From an uncultured virus (IMG/VR IMGVR_UViG_3300043772_001084) (Duplodnaviria > Heunggongvirae > Uroviricota > Caudoviricetes): a DNA stretch of 57,867 bases. Made by a program: the position numbers and the translations under genes. This document shows, piece after piece, positions 36,641 to 46,073 of the stretch. How positions within the stretch are numbered: position 1 is the first letter of the stretch; each line of letters begins with the position of its first letter. Below the pieces are notes generated by a model. The model searched no databases. It saw nothing but the letters and a program-made list of their open reading frames with translations, and was not told where the DNA came from. Location of the stretch: the IMG/VR virus record IMGVR_UViG_3300043772_001084, one strand, 5' to 3'.

Positions 36641-37416
36641 TAAAAACTTTAGTTCATTTTTCTGATCTTCATCTAAGATTATTTAAAGATCATGACCTTT
36701 ATAGGTCAATATTAACTGATATGTTAAATCAATGGAAAGAATTAAAACCTTGTCGAATTATCTTCACAGGTGACCTGGTTCATAGCAAAAACCAATTAAC
36801 ACCAGAATTGATAGAAATGGTGAGTTGGTTATTAACAGAATGTTCTAAAATTACAAAAACAATTATTATACCTGGCAATCACGATGCCTTAATCAATAAT
36901 TCAGATAGGTTAGACGCTTTATCTCCGATTATCGATTCACTAAATAACAATAATATTGTTTATTACAAGGATAGAGGTGTTTACGAAGATGAAAATGTCA
37001 GTTGGTGTGTATATTCTCAGTTTCAAGGGAATATTCCACCAGATTTGAATGTAGCGACTGGAATTAAAATTGGTTTATTCCACGGACCCATTTCCGGTTT
37101 AAAAACAGATCTTGGTTTTGAATTTGGGGATGAGGCCTATGATGTTGAAAAATTTAATGGACTTGAAATTGTTTTATGTGGTGATATTCATAAAAGAGCC
37201 GAATTTAAATTTAAAACTGGCAAGGGATTTATGATTGGGTCAACGATACAAAATAATATAGGTGAAAGTATAACTAAGCATGGGTATGGTATTTATAACA
37301 TTGAAACTAAAGAGTATAGATATGTTGATTTATTTAATCCTAAACCTTTTTTAAAATTTTCAATAAAATCATTTGAAGATATTGAGAATGGAACTGAATT
37401 ACTCACAAATTTTTAA
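36637..37416 (+). CDS. Mre11/SbcD/T4 gp47-like metallophosphoesterase nuclease
   Basis: SDLH, GDLVH, GNHD, FHG, GDIH motifs. Confidence 0.9.
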   Translation: MIKTLVHFSDLHLRLFKDHDLYRSILTDMLNQWKELKPCRIIFTGDLVHSKNQLTPELIEMVSWLLTECSKITKTIIIPGNHDALINNSDRLDALSPIIDSLNNNNIVYYKDRGVYEDENVSWCVYSQFQGNIPPDLNVATGIKIGLFHGPISGLKTDLGFEFGDEAYDVEKFNGLEIVLCGDIHKRAEFKFKTGKGFMIGSTIQNNIGESITKHGYGIYNIETKEYRYVDLFNPKPFLKFSIKSFEDIENGTELLTNF

Positions 37417-38146
37417 TGAAAAATTAATTAAATCCATTAAAGAATATTGTCAATTAAATAATATTGAAGATATTGATGGATTTATTAAAAAATGTTTTGA
37501 ATCGGGGTTCAATATAGAAAAGTATGGATTATTGGGAAAAACACTTAATGAAGGTGAAAAAGACTTAAAAACGGGTGTTGTTGAAGAAAAACAGTTAATA
37601 AAGGAAGTTATTGTTGAAAAACGAGTGGAAATACCAGTTGAAGTGATTAAAGAAGTTGTTGTTGAAAAAGAAATAATAAAAGAAGTTCCAGTTGAAACAA
37701 TCAAAGAAATAGAAAAAGTGATTGAAGTGATTAAGGAAGTTCCGGTTGATAGAGTTATAGAAAAAGAAATTTACATAACAGACAATCAACAAATAAATGA
37801 ACTTGGCGAAAAAATCACCAAATTGGAAGAAAATATTTTCCATTTAGAAAAACAATTAGAAGAAGAAAGGAAAATTTTTTCCATTAAAACCCAAGAACTG
37901 GAAAATAATTTCCAAAAAGAAATGTCTAAAAAGGATAATGAATTAGACGAAGTTAGACGAAGTTTAGACATTAAGTTAGACAACACAAATGAAAAAATGC
38001 TTCAAGAAACACTCCAGAAGTTAAGAAAAGAGTTGCTTGAAAAAAACGAAAAAATAAAAGAATTAACAAAAATAAACCAGGACCTACAAAATACAAAAGA
38101 AAATAGATTAAGCGCCGTATTCTTGAGAGGTTCAAATTTAAAATAA
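37388..38146 (+). CDS. hypothetical coiled-coil protein with EVIKEVPV repeats
   Basis: Likely start MELNYS; VEVIKEV/KEVPV repeats, then coiled coil. Confidence 0.7.
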   Translation: MELNYSQIFNEKLIKSIKEYCQLNNIEDIDGFIKKCFESGFNIEKYGLLGKTLNEGEKDLKTGVVEEKQLIKEVIVEKRVEIPVEVIKEVVVEKEIIKEVPVETIKEIEKVIEVIKEVPVDRVIEKEIYITDNQQINELGEKITKLEENIFHLEKQLEEERKIFSIKTQELENNFQKEMSKKDNELDEVRRSLDIKLDNTNEKMLQETLQKLRKELLEKNEKIKELTKINQDLQNTKENRLSAVFLRGSNLK

Positions 38147-38152
38147 AATAGT

Positions 38153-38551
38153 ATGATACAATTAGTAATTTTTATGTTGGTTGCCTACGGAATGACAAAC
38201 ATTTTGGTCTACGGATCAATTTTTAACGGATTAAGACAATCCATACACAATTGGGGTAATAGTGACTATATGGCCTTTAATGGTCTCGGTAAATTCCTAT
38301 CGGGGCTCATTTCTTGTGTGTTATGTACTTCAACATGGGTTGGATTTTTCCTATCATTAACTTTCTTCTCACCAATTCATAATTTTATTGGACTTAATGA
38401 ATATGTTTCCGTATTCTTTGATGGAATGTTTTCGGCGGGTTCTGTATGGGCAATCAATGCGATAATTGAATGGTTTGAAGAAAATAGACCACAAAAGATT
38501 GAATATCATCAAGAATCGGAAATTGAGGAAGAACAAATATTAAACGATTAA
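38153..38551 (+). CDS. membrane protein, DUF1360-like
   Basis: Hydrophobic helices and LISCVLCTSTWVG. Confidence 0.65.
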   Translation: MIQLVIFMLVAYGMTNILVYGSIFNGLRQSIHNWGNSDYMAFNGLGKFLSGLISCVLCTSTWVGFFLSLTFFSPIHNFIGLNEYVSVFFDGMFSAGSVWAINAIIEWFEENRPQKIEYHQESEIEEEQILND

Positions 38552-38563
38552 AAATAAATAAAA

Positions 38564-38896
38564 ATGGGTAAGAAAGAAAAAGAACGCAGGGCAAAGGTTG
38601 CAAAAAGAAACAGAAGAATTGCACAAGAGAAATATTCGATGCAAAACGCATTGAATAAAATGATGAAACAAATGGCGGAACAAAAAGAAGCCGATAATTT
38701 AGCAGTAAAAGTTGGTAATGAAAATATTCCATTTGAAGTTGTGGGTCAACCAACTAACACCGGCATTAAAGGTTTTGAATTTGAAGGTAATGTCTCGTTC
38801 AAAGAGGAAAATCCTGAAATTTTACAAACAACAGAATTTAAACCAGAAGAAACAGTTGTTGATGTTGTAGAAACAACTGAAAACAACGAGCAGTAA
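38564..38896 (+). CDS. hypothetical protein
   Basis: Basic N-terminus, acidic C-terminus; in operon. Confidence 0.65.
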   Translation: MGKKEKERRAKVAKRNRRIAQEKYSMQNALNKMMKQMAEQKEADNLAVKVGNENIPFEVVGQPTNTGIKGFEFEGNVSFKEENPEILQTTEFKPEETVVDVVETTENNEQ

Positions 38897-38902
38897 TAAA
38901 AT

Positions 38903-41281
38903 ATGGATTTATTTAATCCACCAAAATTATTCAATTACAATATTATGATAAAAGATTTGGATTTTTCAAAGCTTGAAAACCCATCTATTCAAGTGGTGTG
39001 GGAAGACCTACAAGAAAATTTCACACAAGACAAAATGAAAAGTGTTAAACATTACTTCCAAAAGAAGTATAACACCACAAATGTTAATGTTGTTACAAAA
39101 GTAAAAAATGTTGATACTGAAACTATGCAAACGGTTGATGTGTCAATGAATATTACAGATACAAATTACCAACTTGATTTGTTAAAAAAATTCTTGGAAT
39201 CCAAGGGATATGGAGAACACCTTAAAGAAGTTTTGGATTTAAACCAAACGGTTGAAAACAAAATGAAAGAAGATGATGTTGATACAACACAATTTAAAAA
39301 GTGGTATATTAGAAACATTGAGTTCTCCAACTTTTTATCATATGGTGAAAACCAACGACTTGATTTTGATAAGTTAAATGGAATAGTTGTTGTTGAATCA
39401 GATCCTCCAAATTTTGGAGGTAAAACCGTATTATCGGTGGATTTATTAATGTTCCTATTCTTTAACGAAACAACAAAAACATCAAAGGCTGAAGAAGTAT
39501 TTAATCGATTTACCGATAAAAACTCGGTAGTTGTAAAAGGTGAGATTACAATTGATGGGGAAGATTATATTATTGTAAGAACCATTGAAAGAAAAAAATC
39601 AAAGAAAGGTGAATGGAATGTTAAGACCGAGCTTGATTTCTTTAAAAAACTACACGATGGATCATTACAGAATTTCACCGGTGAGCAAAGACGAGAAACT
39701 GAAGCTTTCATTAAAAACTCAATCGGAACCAAGGAAGATTTCTTAATGACAATTCTTACAACAGCAACAAACCTGGAAGAACTATTGGAATCAAAACCAA
39801 CCGCCAGAGGGCAAGTCCTATCAAGGTTTATGGGTCTTGAATTTTTAAAGAGAAAAGAAGAAGCGGCAAAAGAAATTTATTCTTCATTTAGTAAATCAAA
39901 AATATCAAACCTTTATAGTTCAGAACAACTAAAACAAGATATTGAAACTTTCGAGGAAAAAATTACTGAACTAAATAGCCAGATTGATGTATTACAAAAA
40001 GAAGTAAAAGAAATTGAAGAAGGTATTGCAAAAGGAAAGGATTATAGAGATTCAATGTTAAAAAAGAAACACACAGACATTGATAAAGAAATTGCATTAC
40101 TTAATCCGGAAACAACAAAATCTCAAATTGAGACTTTAAAGAAAGAAAAAGAAGGATATGTTGAATTATTATCTAATTTAAAAGTTGTTGAACCAGAACA
40201 ATATTATAAAGAAGATGAACACGATAAAGTAAAAGAGGATTATAAAAATAAATTCCAATCAAAAATTGAACTTGAAACCAAAATTTCTGAAATCGAAAAA
40301 TTACAATCATCAGTGAAGGGTGGCATTAAGTGCGAACATTGTGGTATTGAGTTAATGAACGCGGCAATAACACAACAAAAAATTTCGGAACTTGATGGAT
40401 TTACACAACAAAAAAAGGTTATTGAGAAGTTAATGACGGAATTATCCAACAAAGAAAAAGAATTTGTTGAGACAAAAAGACAGTTTGATGAATATGAAAA
40501 AAACAAACTTATCAAAGAAAAATATGATTTGAGTGTTGAAAGCTGTGATCTTAAAATATCTGGTTTGGAAGATAAATTAAAAAGGTGGGATGAAGTCCAG
40601 GATAAAATTAAAACAAACGATCAGATTGATGCAATGTTAATCAAAGCTGATTTGAAATTGGATAGTTATGATAAACTATTAAGAGAAAAGAACAATACAA
40701 TCAACTCAAATGAGTATAGTATCAAATCTAACCAGGAAAAGATTACAAACAACAAAAATTTAATTGTAAAAATTAAAGAAGAGGAAAGTAAGGATAAGAT
40801 TTATAAAATGTATCTGGAAAGTTATGGTAAAAATGGTGTTAGTAAAATTATTATGAGAACTATGATGCCACTTATTAACTCTGAATTACAAAGATTGATG
40901 GAAGATTCTTCATATTTCAAATTAGAGATTAGAATTAACGATAAGTCAGAGGTTGAGTTCATCCAGGTAGATAATAATACCGGTGTTGAAAAGTTAATGG
41001 TTAGTGGTTCTGGTTATGAAAAAACAATTGCTTCACTTGCTTTAAGATCTGTCTTGAGTAAGGTATGTTCTCTACCAAAACCCAACCTTGTAGTATTCGA
41101 CGAGGTATTTGGTAAAATAAGTAATGACAACTTAGAAATGGTTTCTGAATTTTTTGTTAAGATTAAGGATTATTTTGATAAAGTGTTTGTAATTACACAC
41201 AATCCAATGGTAAGTCAGTGGGCAGATAGTGTAGTTAAAATTACAAAACAAAATAATATTTCAAAACTCTTGGTGGACTAG
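38903..41281 (+). CDS. Rad50/SbcC/T4 gp46-like ATPase
   Basis: NFLSYG, Walker A NFGGKT, Zn hook CEHCG, signature SGYEK, Walker B VVFDE, ITH. Confidence 0.92.
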   Translation: MDLFNPPKLFNYNIMIKDLDFSKLENPSIQVVWEDLQENFTQDKMKSVKHYFQKKYNTTNVNVVTKVKNVDTETMQTVDVSMNITDTNYQLDLLKKFLESKGYGEHLKEVLDLNQTVENKMKEDDVDTTQFKKWYIRNIEFSNFLSYGENQRLDFDKLNGIVVVESDPPNFGGKTVLSVDLLMFLFFNETTKTSKAEEVFNRFTDKNSVVVKGEITIDGEDYIIVRTIERKKSKKGEWNVKTELDFFKKLHDGSLQNFTGEQRRETEAFIKNSIGTKEDFLMTILTTATNLEELLESKPTARGQVLSRFMGLEFLKRKEEAAKEIYSSFSKSKISNLYSSEQLKQDIETFEEKITELNSQIDVLQKEVKEIEEGIAKGKDYRDSMLKKKHTDIDKEIALLNPETTKSQIETLKKEKEGYVELLSNLKVVEPEQYYKEDEHDKVKEDYKNKFQSKIELETKISEIEKLQSSVKGGIKCEHCGIELMNAAITQQKISELDGFTQQKKVIEKLMTELSNKEKEFVETKRQFDEYEKNKLIKEKYDLSVESCDLKISGLEDKLKRWDEVQDKIKTNDQIDAMLIKADLKLDSYDKLLREKNNTINSNEYSIKSNQEKITNNKNLIVKIKEEESKDKIYKMYLESYGKNGVSKIIMRTMMPLINSELQRLMEDSSYFKLEIRINDKSEVEFIQVDNNTGVEKLMVSGSGYEKTIASLALRSVLSKVCSLPKPNLVVFDEVFGKISNDNLEMVSEFFVKIKDYFDKVFVITHNPMVSQWADSVVKITKQNNISKLLVD

Positions 41282-41313
41282 AAAATTGTTTGTAAGTTTA
41301 GTAAAAAAATATT

Positions 41314-41943
41314 ATGGGGATAAACTCTGAAAAAGGTAGGGAAGTTCAAAAAGAATACTCAACCAAAAAAGAAAAAGAAATTTGTGAAGTTAGAAATTTA
41401 ATACAAGTTGGTGGTAGTAAAACTAAAATTGATGGGACTAATGGTAATCAGAATGAAAGTATTAAAAATTTTTCTGGTAAAAGCACACAAGTTCATTTAA
41501 CAACTCAAAAAAAATTTATAAAAAAATTTAATTTAAACGGATTAAGTAAAAAATTTATTGAACTTTTTTGTGGCGATACGACTATTAACAATAATGGTAA
41601 AGATCGTTTCCATACAAATGAAATCGATGATGAAATAAAAAATGAATTTTTATCATTTTTAGAACAAAATAAAGAAAAAATTATTGAATTGATAATTTGT
41701 AATGGTGAAAATATAACTAATGTAACAATAAGAGATTTACAAAATGGTAAAATATATACTAAGAGTTACCAAGAGATACAAAAAATTTGTGAAAATACAA
41801 CTTGGGTAATGTTAAAAGGTGGTGTCCATTTAAAAAATGAAAAAAATAAAACAATTTTTCATTTACAAAGAGAAGGTAAAAAAAATAAAAATAATAGATT
41901 TAATGTTTTGTTCCATATTCATAAAAATTTATTTTTAAATTAA
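41314..41943 (+). CDS. putative type II restriction endonuclease (MspI/HinP1I-like)
   Basis: KTKIDG..SIKN..TQV PD-(D/E)XK-like core and C-terminal FHLQREG; adjacent to a methyltransferase; very AT-rich. Confidence 0.55.
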   Translation: MGINSEKGREVQKEYSTKKEKEICEVRNLIQVGGSKTKIDGTNGNQNESIKNFSGKSTQVHLTTQKKFIKKFNLNGLSKKFIELFCGDTTINNNGKDRFHTNEIDDEIKNEFLSFLEQNKEKIIELIICNGENITNVTIRDLQNGKIYTKSYQEIQKICENTTWVMLKGGVHLKNEKNKTIFHLQREGKKNKNNRFNVLFHIHKNLFLN

Positions 41944-41961
41944 AATATTTATAATTACATT

Positions 41962-42678
41962 ATGTTAAAACTTATTTTAGGTGACTCCTTGGATGAATTA
42001 AAAAAAATTGATGATGAGTCAATTTCTTGTATTGTCACATCACCACCTTATAATAAAAAAGGATTGATTGGTAAAGTAAAACCAGGTAATCAAGTTTGGA
42101 AAAAATTTAATATAGATTATAATTCGTATGGTGACGACTTGAAAGAAGATGATTATAAAAATTGGATGGTTCAGATCCTTGACGAAATGTATAGAGTTTT
42201 AAAAAAAGATGGATCCATATTCTTTAATCATAAACCAAGAAGACACAATAACAAGGTTTATTTACCAACCGATTTTATCTCTAAATCAAAATTAGATTTA
42301 TACCAATTAATAATTTGGAATAGATTGTCTAGTCCAAACATAAGAAAAGATGTTTTATTACCATGTACTGAACACATTTACTGGTTGACAAAATCAAAAC
42401 CAAAAGTTTTTAAAAATAATGTGGATAAACAATTTCATTCTGAAGTTTGGATTATAAATCCAGATAAAAACACACAACATCCAGCACCTTTTCCACAAAA
42501 ATTAGTTGAAAATTGTATCTTATTATCAACAGATGAAAACGATGTTGTTTTAGACCCTTTTTTAGGTTCTGGCACATCAGGAATTGTTGCTAGTAGATTA
42601 AATAGAAATTTTATTGGTATTGAAATTGACGAAAAGTATATGGGTTTATCAAAAAGTCTTTTAGAAGAAAAAATTTAA
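41962..42678 (+). CDS. N4-cytosine/N6-adenine DNA methyltransferase (beta class)
   Basis: VTSPPY precedes HPAPFP and VLDPFLGSGT. Confidence 0.92.
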   Translation: MLKLILGDSLDELKKIDDESISCIVTSPPYNKKGLIGKVKPGNQVWKKFNIDYNSYGDDLKEDDYKNWMVQILDEMYRVLKKDGSIFFNHKPRRHNNKVYLPTDFISKSKLDLYQLIIWNRLSSPNIRKDVLLPCTEHIYWLTKSKPKVFKNNVDKQFHSEVWIINPDKNTQHPAPFPQKLVENCILLSTDENDVVLDPFLGSGTSGIVASRLNRNFIGIEIDEKYMGLSKSLLEEKI

Positions 42679-42710
42679 GGGTTTATAACCAACCAATTCA
42701 GAATTTTTAC

Positions 42711-42718
42711 TATCTTTG
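42711..42718 (+). promoter_or_regulatory. Bacteroidota sigma70 -7 element (TAnnTTTG)
   Basis: TATCTTTG 20 nt upstream of the operon containing the sigma factor. Confidence 0.6.
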
Positions 42719-42738
42719 TTGAACCAAAATAAAAAACT

Positions 42739-43272
42739 ATGAAATATTTATTGTTTGTTTATCCCTGTGATGATAGCTGGGACCCAACAGAGTCAAATGA
42801 AAAAATAGCAAGTGAATTAGCTACAGTTTCAAAATCAGACGATATAAAATATGTTTATGGTGAAAACCATAGTATTTTTCACTTTGATTCGATACTATCA
42901 CCTTCAGAAATGAGCGACTATGTTGAACTTATTAAGGATGAATCACCAGAGTTTATGTTCGTATTAGCCCAAGGTGTTAAAAGTGTAAATTCAAATATGG
43001 ATAGCAATCATTTGGAACACTTATTGAAGGTCAATAAAAGAGGTAGAAAACCAAAGTCAAATCCAATCAAAGAAGTATTGTCAAACGATCATCTAGGTTT
43101 CGATATTTCGAAATTTATGGAAGAGAATAGAATCCGTGTTGAAGAATTTTTAAAAAATCAAGTATGCGACTTGACTCTTGACGAAATTTTGGATAAAATT
43201 ACAGAACAAGGAATTGACTCATTAACAAGAGCTGAGAAAGATAAATTAGACGAATATTCAAAACAAATATAA
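42739..43272 (+). CDS. hypothetical protein with C-terminal DUF6576-like motif
   Basis: LDEILDKITEQGIDSLTRAEKDKL. Confidence 0.7.
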   Translation: MKYLLFVYPCDDSWDPTESNEKIASELATVSKSDDIKYVYGENHSIFHFDSILSPSEMSDYVELIKDESPEFMFVLAQGVKSVNSNMDSNHLEHLLKVNKRGRKPKSNPIKEVLSNDHLGFDISKFMEENRIRVEEFLKNQVCDLTLDEILDKITEQGIDSLTRAEKDKLDEYSKQI

Positions 43273-43279
43273 TTATAAT

Positions 43280-44080
43280 ATGAAGGAAAAAAACACCGGA
43301 GTTCCAATTAACCAGGAAGAGATTTATCACTACCTAAAAGACATTAGAAAGATTAAGGTTATGACACCTGATCGTGAAAAAGAACTGGCCATAAAAATGA
43401 AGTCAGATGAAATCTCTGATCGTGAAAAAAGAAAAATTGAAGAAGAACTATTACGAGGAAATCTTCGTTTTGTAATTACGGTTGCAAAACAATACCAAAA
43501 TCAAGGTCTTGATTTATCGGACCTTATTGCTGAAGGAAATCTTGGTCTTATGAAAGCAATCAAAAACTTTGATTGGAATAAAGATTTAAGATTTATATCT
43601 TATGCTGTATGGTGGGTTAAACAATCAATTATCCAATCATTAAATGATAATGCAAGAACAATTAGACTCCCAGTTAATGTTGTCCAAGATTTACATAAAG
43701 CAAAAAAAGAAGTTGAGCAATCTGGAAAAAAACTTGACGAGAGGTTTTCATCCCTCCCCTCAATAATCAATCTTGATATGAATATCAACGAAGAAGGTGA
43801 TACACTTATTGATATGATTGTAAATCAAGATGCTGATGCTCCGGACGCTGGATTTGATACCAAAGACATTTTAAAAGATAAATTATTATCATTACTAAAT
43901 GTTTTGGACGACCGTGAAAAAGTAATTGTTGGTGACTACTTTGGGTTAACCGGAACACCAAGAACTTTGGAGGATATTGGATCTGATTTTAATTTAACGA
44001 AAGAGCGCGTTAGGCAGATAAAGGAAAAAGCACTTCGTAGACTTCGTAATGAATCATCCGAATTATTTGACTACCTATGA
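43280..44080 (+). CDS. RNA polymerase sigma-70 factor, RpoD/SigA-like lacking region 1.1
   Basis: NLRFVITVAKQY, DLIAEGNLGLMKA, RFISYAVWWVKQSI, RTIRLP, TKERVRQIKEKAL. Confidence 0.93.
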   Translation: MKEKNTGVPINQEEIYHYLKDIRKIKVMTPDREKELAIKMKSDEISDREKRKIEEELLRGNLRFVITVAKQYQNQGLDLSDLIAEGNLGLMKAIKNFDWNKDLRFISYAVWWVKQSIIQSLNDNARTIRLPVNVVQDLHKAKKEVEQSGKKLDERFSSLPSIINLDMNINEEGDTLIDMIVNQDADAPDAGFDTKDILKDKLLSLLNVLDDREKVIVGDYFGLTGTPRTLEDIGSDFNLTKERVRQIKEKALRRLRNESSELFDYL

Positions 44081-44934
44081 TAAATGTACTTTCTCTTTTC
44101 GACGGGATGAGTTGTGGCCAGATTGCTCTTAATAGAGCTGGAATAAAGTATGATAAGTATTTTGCTTCCGAGATTGATAAATATGCCATCCAGGTAACAC
44201 AACACAACTATCCAGAAACAATACAAATTGGAGATATTTTAAATGTTAAAGGAAGTGATTTACCAAAAATTGATATTATGTTTGGTGGATCACCTTGTCA
44301 GGGATTTTCATTTGCTGGTAAAAGGTTAAACTTTGAGGACCCAAGAAGTAAGTTGTTTTTTGAGTTTGTCAGATTAAAAGAAGAATTAAACCCAAAGTAT
44401 TTTTTACTTGAGAATGTTAAAATGAAAAAAGAACACGAACAAGTAATTACAGAACATATGGGTGTGGAACCAATAAGAATAAATAGTAAACTTGTTTCGG
44501 CACAAAATAGAGAAAGATTATATTGGACAAATATACCGGGTATTGAACAACCAGATGATAAAGGAATTTTAGTTAAGGATATTATTGATTATAGTGTTGT
44601 ACACAAAATATTACCACCAAAAACAATCCAGGCACAACTTTACTATGCTAAAAACTATAAAGCAACCGGTAAGGCACCGACACTTACCCGTGAGTTAGCA
44701 CACGGATGGGGTAAAAACATAACACCAAAATGTTATGTTGAAATAAAGGCTATAACCGGAGAAGATAGGTTATTTTCACCATTAGAATGTGAAAGATTAC
44801 AGACAGTACCAGACAATTATTCATCAATAGTTTCAAATACACAAAGGTTTAATATGTTAGGAAATGGATGGACAGTAGATGTTATAACACATATTTTTAA
44901 AAACATAGAATATGAACGTATTGAGTCTATTTGA
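44077..44934 (+). CDS. C5 DNA cytosine methyltransferase
   Basis: LSLFDG, GGSPCQ, LLENV, QNRERLYW, LGNGW. Confidence 0.93.
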   Translation: MINVLSLFDGMSCGQIALNRAGIKYDKYFASEIDKYAIQVTQHNYPETIQIGDILNVKGSDLPKIDIMFGGSPCQGFSFAGKRLNFEDPRSKLFFEFVRLKEELNPKYFLLENVKMKKEHEQVITEHMGVEPIRINSKLVSAQNRERLYWTNIPGIEQPDDKGILVKDIIDYSVVHKILPPKTIQAQLYYAKNYKATGKAPTLTRELAHGWGKNITPKCYVEIKAITGEDRLFSPLECERLQTVPDNYSSIVSNTQRFNMLGNGWTVDVITHIFKNIEYERIESI

Positions 44935-45820
44935 TGGATTATCTTGTGGTCAATTAGCACTTAACAGAGCTGGAATTAAATATGATAAGTATTTTGCTTC
45001 CGAAATAGATAAACACGCAATTAAAGTTACACAACACAATCACCCAAACACAATACAGTTAGGTGATGTAACAAAAATTAAAGGTGAAGACTTACCACAA
45101 ATTGATTTATTGATTGGAGGATCCCCATGCCAGGGATTTTCCTTTGCAGGTAGACAATTAAACTTTGATGATCCACGCAGTAAATTATTTTTTGAATTTG
45201 TAAGATTAAAAAACGAATTAAACCCAAAATATTTTTTATTAGAAAATGTTGTAATGAAACAAGAATTTCAAGACGTTATAACAGAATATATGGGTGTCAA
45301 ACCAATTAAAATAAATAGTTCATTAGTTTCTGCCCAAACTAGAGAACGTCTTTACTGGACAAACATACCAAATGTAAATCAACCAGAAGATCTTGGTATA
45401 AAATTAGAAGACATTTTAGAAGATATTGGTTCGGACGGTAATTATTATGATAGAAAAAAACTAAATAAGGCAACAATTCTTGGTCGGAGATTAAATGAAC
45501 ACGGTAAAAGAGATGATTATAATAAATCAATACCAATCACACAATGTTTGGAAGTTAGAGCAACAAATAGAAATAAAAGTAATTGTATAACAACTGTAGC
45601 CAAGGATAATGTTTTAACAACACTACCAATCGGTAGACATATTGACGCATTTAAAAACAAACTACCTTTTAGATATTACACAATCAAAGAATATTGTAGA
45701 TTACAAACAGTGCCGGATAATTATTTTGATGGTGTTGCTAGTGAAAATCAAATAAGAAAAATGATTGGTAATGGATGGACAGTAGATGTGATTGCACATA
45801 TTTTTAAAAATATTTATTAG
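44912..45820 (+). CDS. C5 DNA cytosine methyltransferase (tandem paralogue, different TRD)
   Basis: Same motifs as the upstream gene with an unrelated, longer variable region. Confidence 0.93.
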   Translation: MNVLSLFDGLSCGQLALNRAGIKYDKYFASEIDKHAIKVTQHNHPNTIQLGDVTKIKGEDLPQIDLLIGGSPCQGFSFAGRQLNFDDPRSKLFFEFVRLKNELNPKYFLLENVVMKQEFQDVITEYMGVKPIKINSSLVSAQTRERLYWTNIPNVNQPEDLGIKLEDILEDIGSDGNYYDRKKLNKATILGRRLNEHGKRDDYNKSIPITQCLEVRATNRNKSNCITTVAKDNVLTTLPIGRHIDAFKNKLPFRYYTIKEYCRLQTVPDNYFDGVASENQIRKMIGNGWTVDVIAHIFKNIY

Positions 45821-45825
45821 GAAAG

Positions 45826-45856
45826 TTTGGTAATTAGAAAAAACTTTTTATCTTTG
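45826..45856 (+). promoter_or_regulatory. Bacteroidota sigma70 promoter
   Basis: TTTG (45826) - 19 nt - TATCTTTG (45849). Confidence 0.8.
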
Positions 45857-45861
45857 TATTA

Positions 45862-46072
45862 TTAAATTAATAACAACTTGTTTTTGGGCTCCCAAGTATA
45901 GAAAAGGAGTTTATCTCTTAACTTACGGGTTAGGGGGGGTGATTGAAAAAGATGGGAGGTCCCCAAAATACACAGAAATGTGGTAATCATCAGCTATCCC
46001 ATATACAGCTCGATGGGCGTTAAAATCTTACGAGATAAGATTAAAAAAGGACGGATAAACCGTCCTTTTTTT
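45862..46072 (+). ncRNA. candidate structured non-coding RNA 1 (family unknown)
   Basis: Promoter-to-terminator unit with no substantial ORF and raised GC; TTTTGGG-CTCCC/GGGAG-CCCAAAA stem, UACG-capped hairpin, pseudoknot core shared with RNA 2. Ends approximate. Confidence 0.65.
46043..46072. terminator. bidirectional intrinsic terminator
   Basis: AAAAAAGGACGG-ATAAA-CCGTCCTTTTTTT between convergent units. Confidence 0.9.
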
Positions 46073-46073
46073 C

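Noticed and set aside
45987..45993. Hammerhead core CUGAUGA on the minus strand
   Set aside because: No correctly placed GAAA and stem III; the promoter and G-U pairing favour the + strand.
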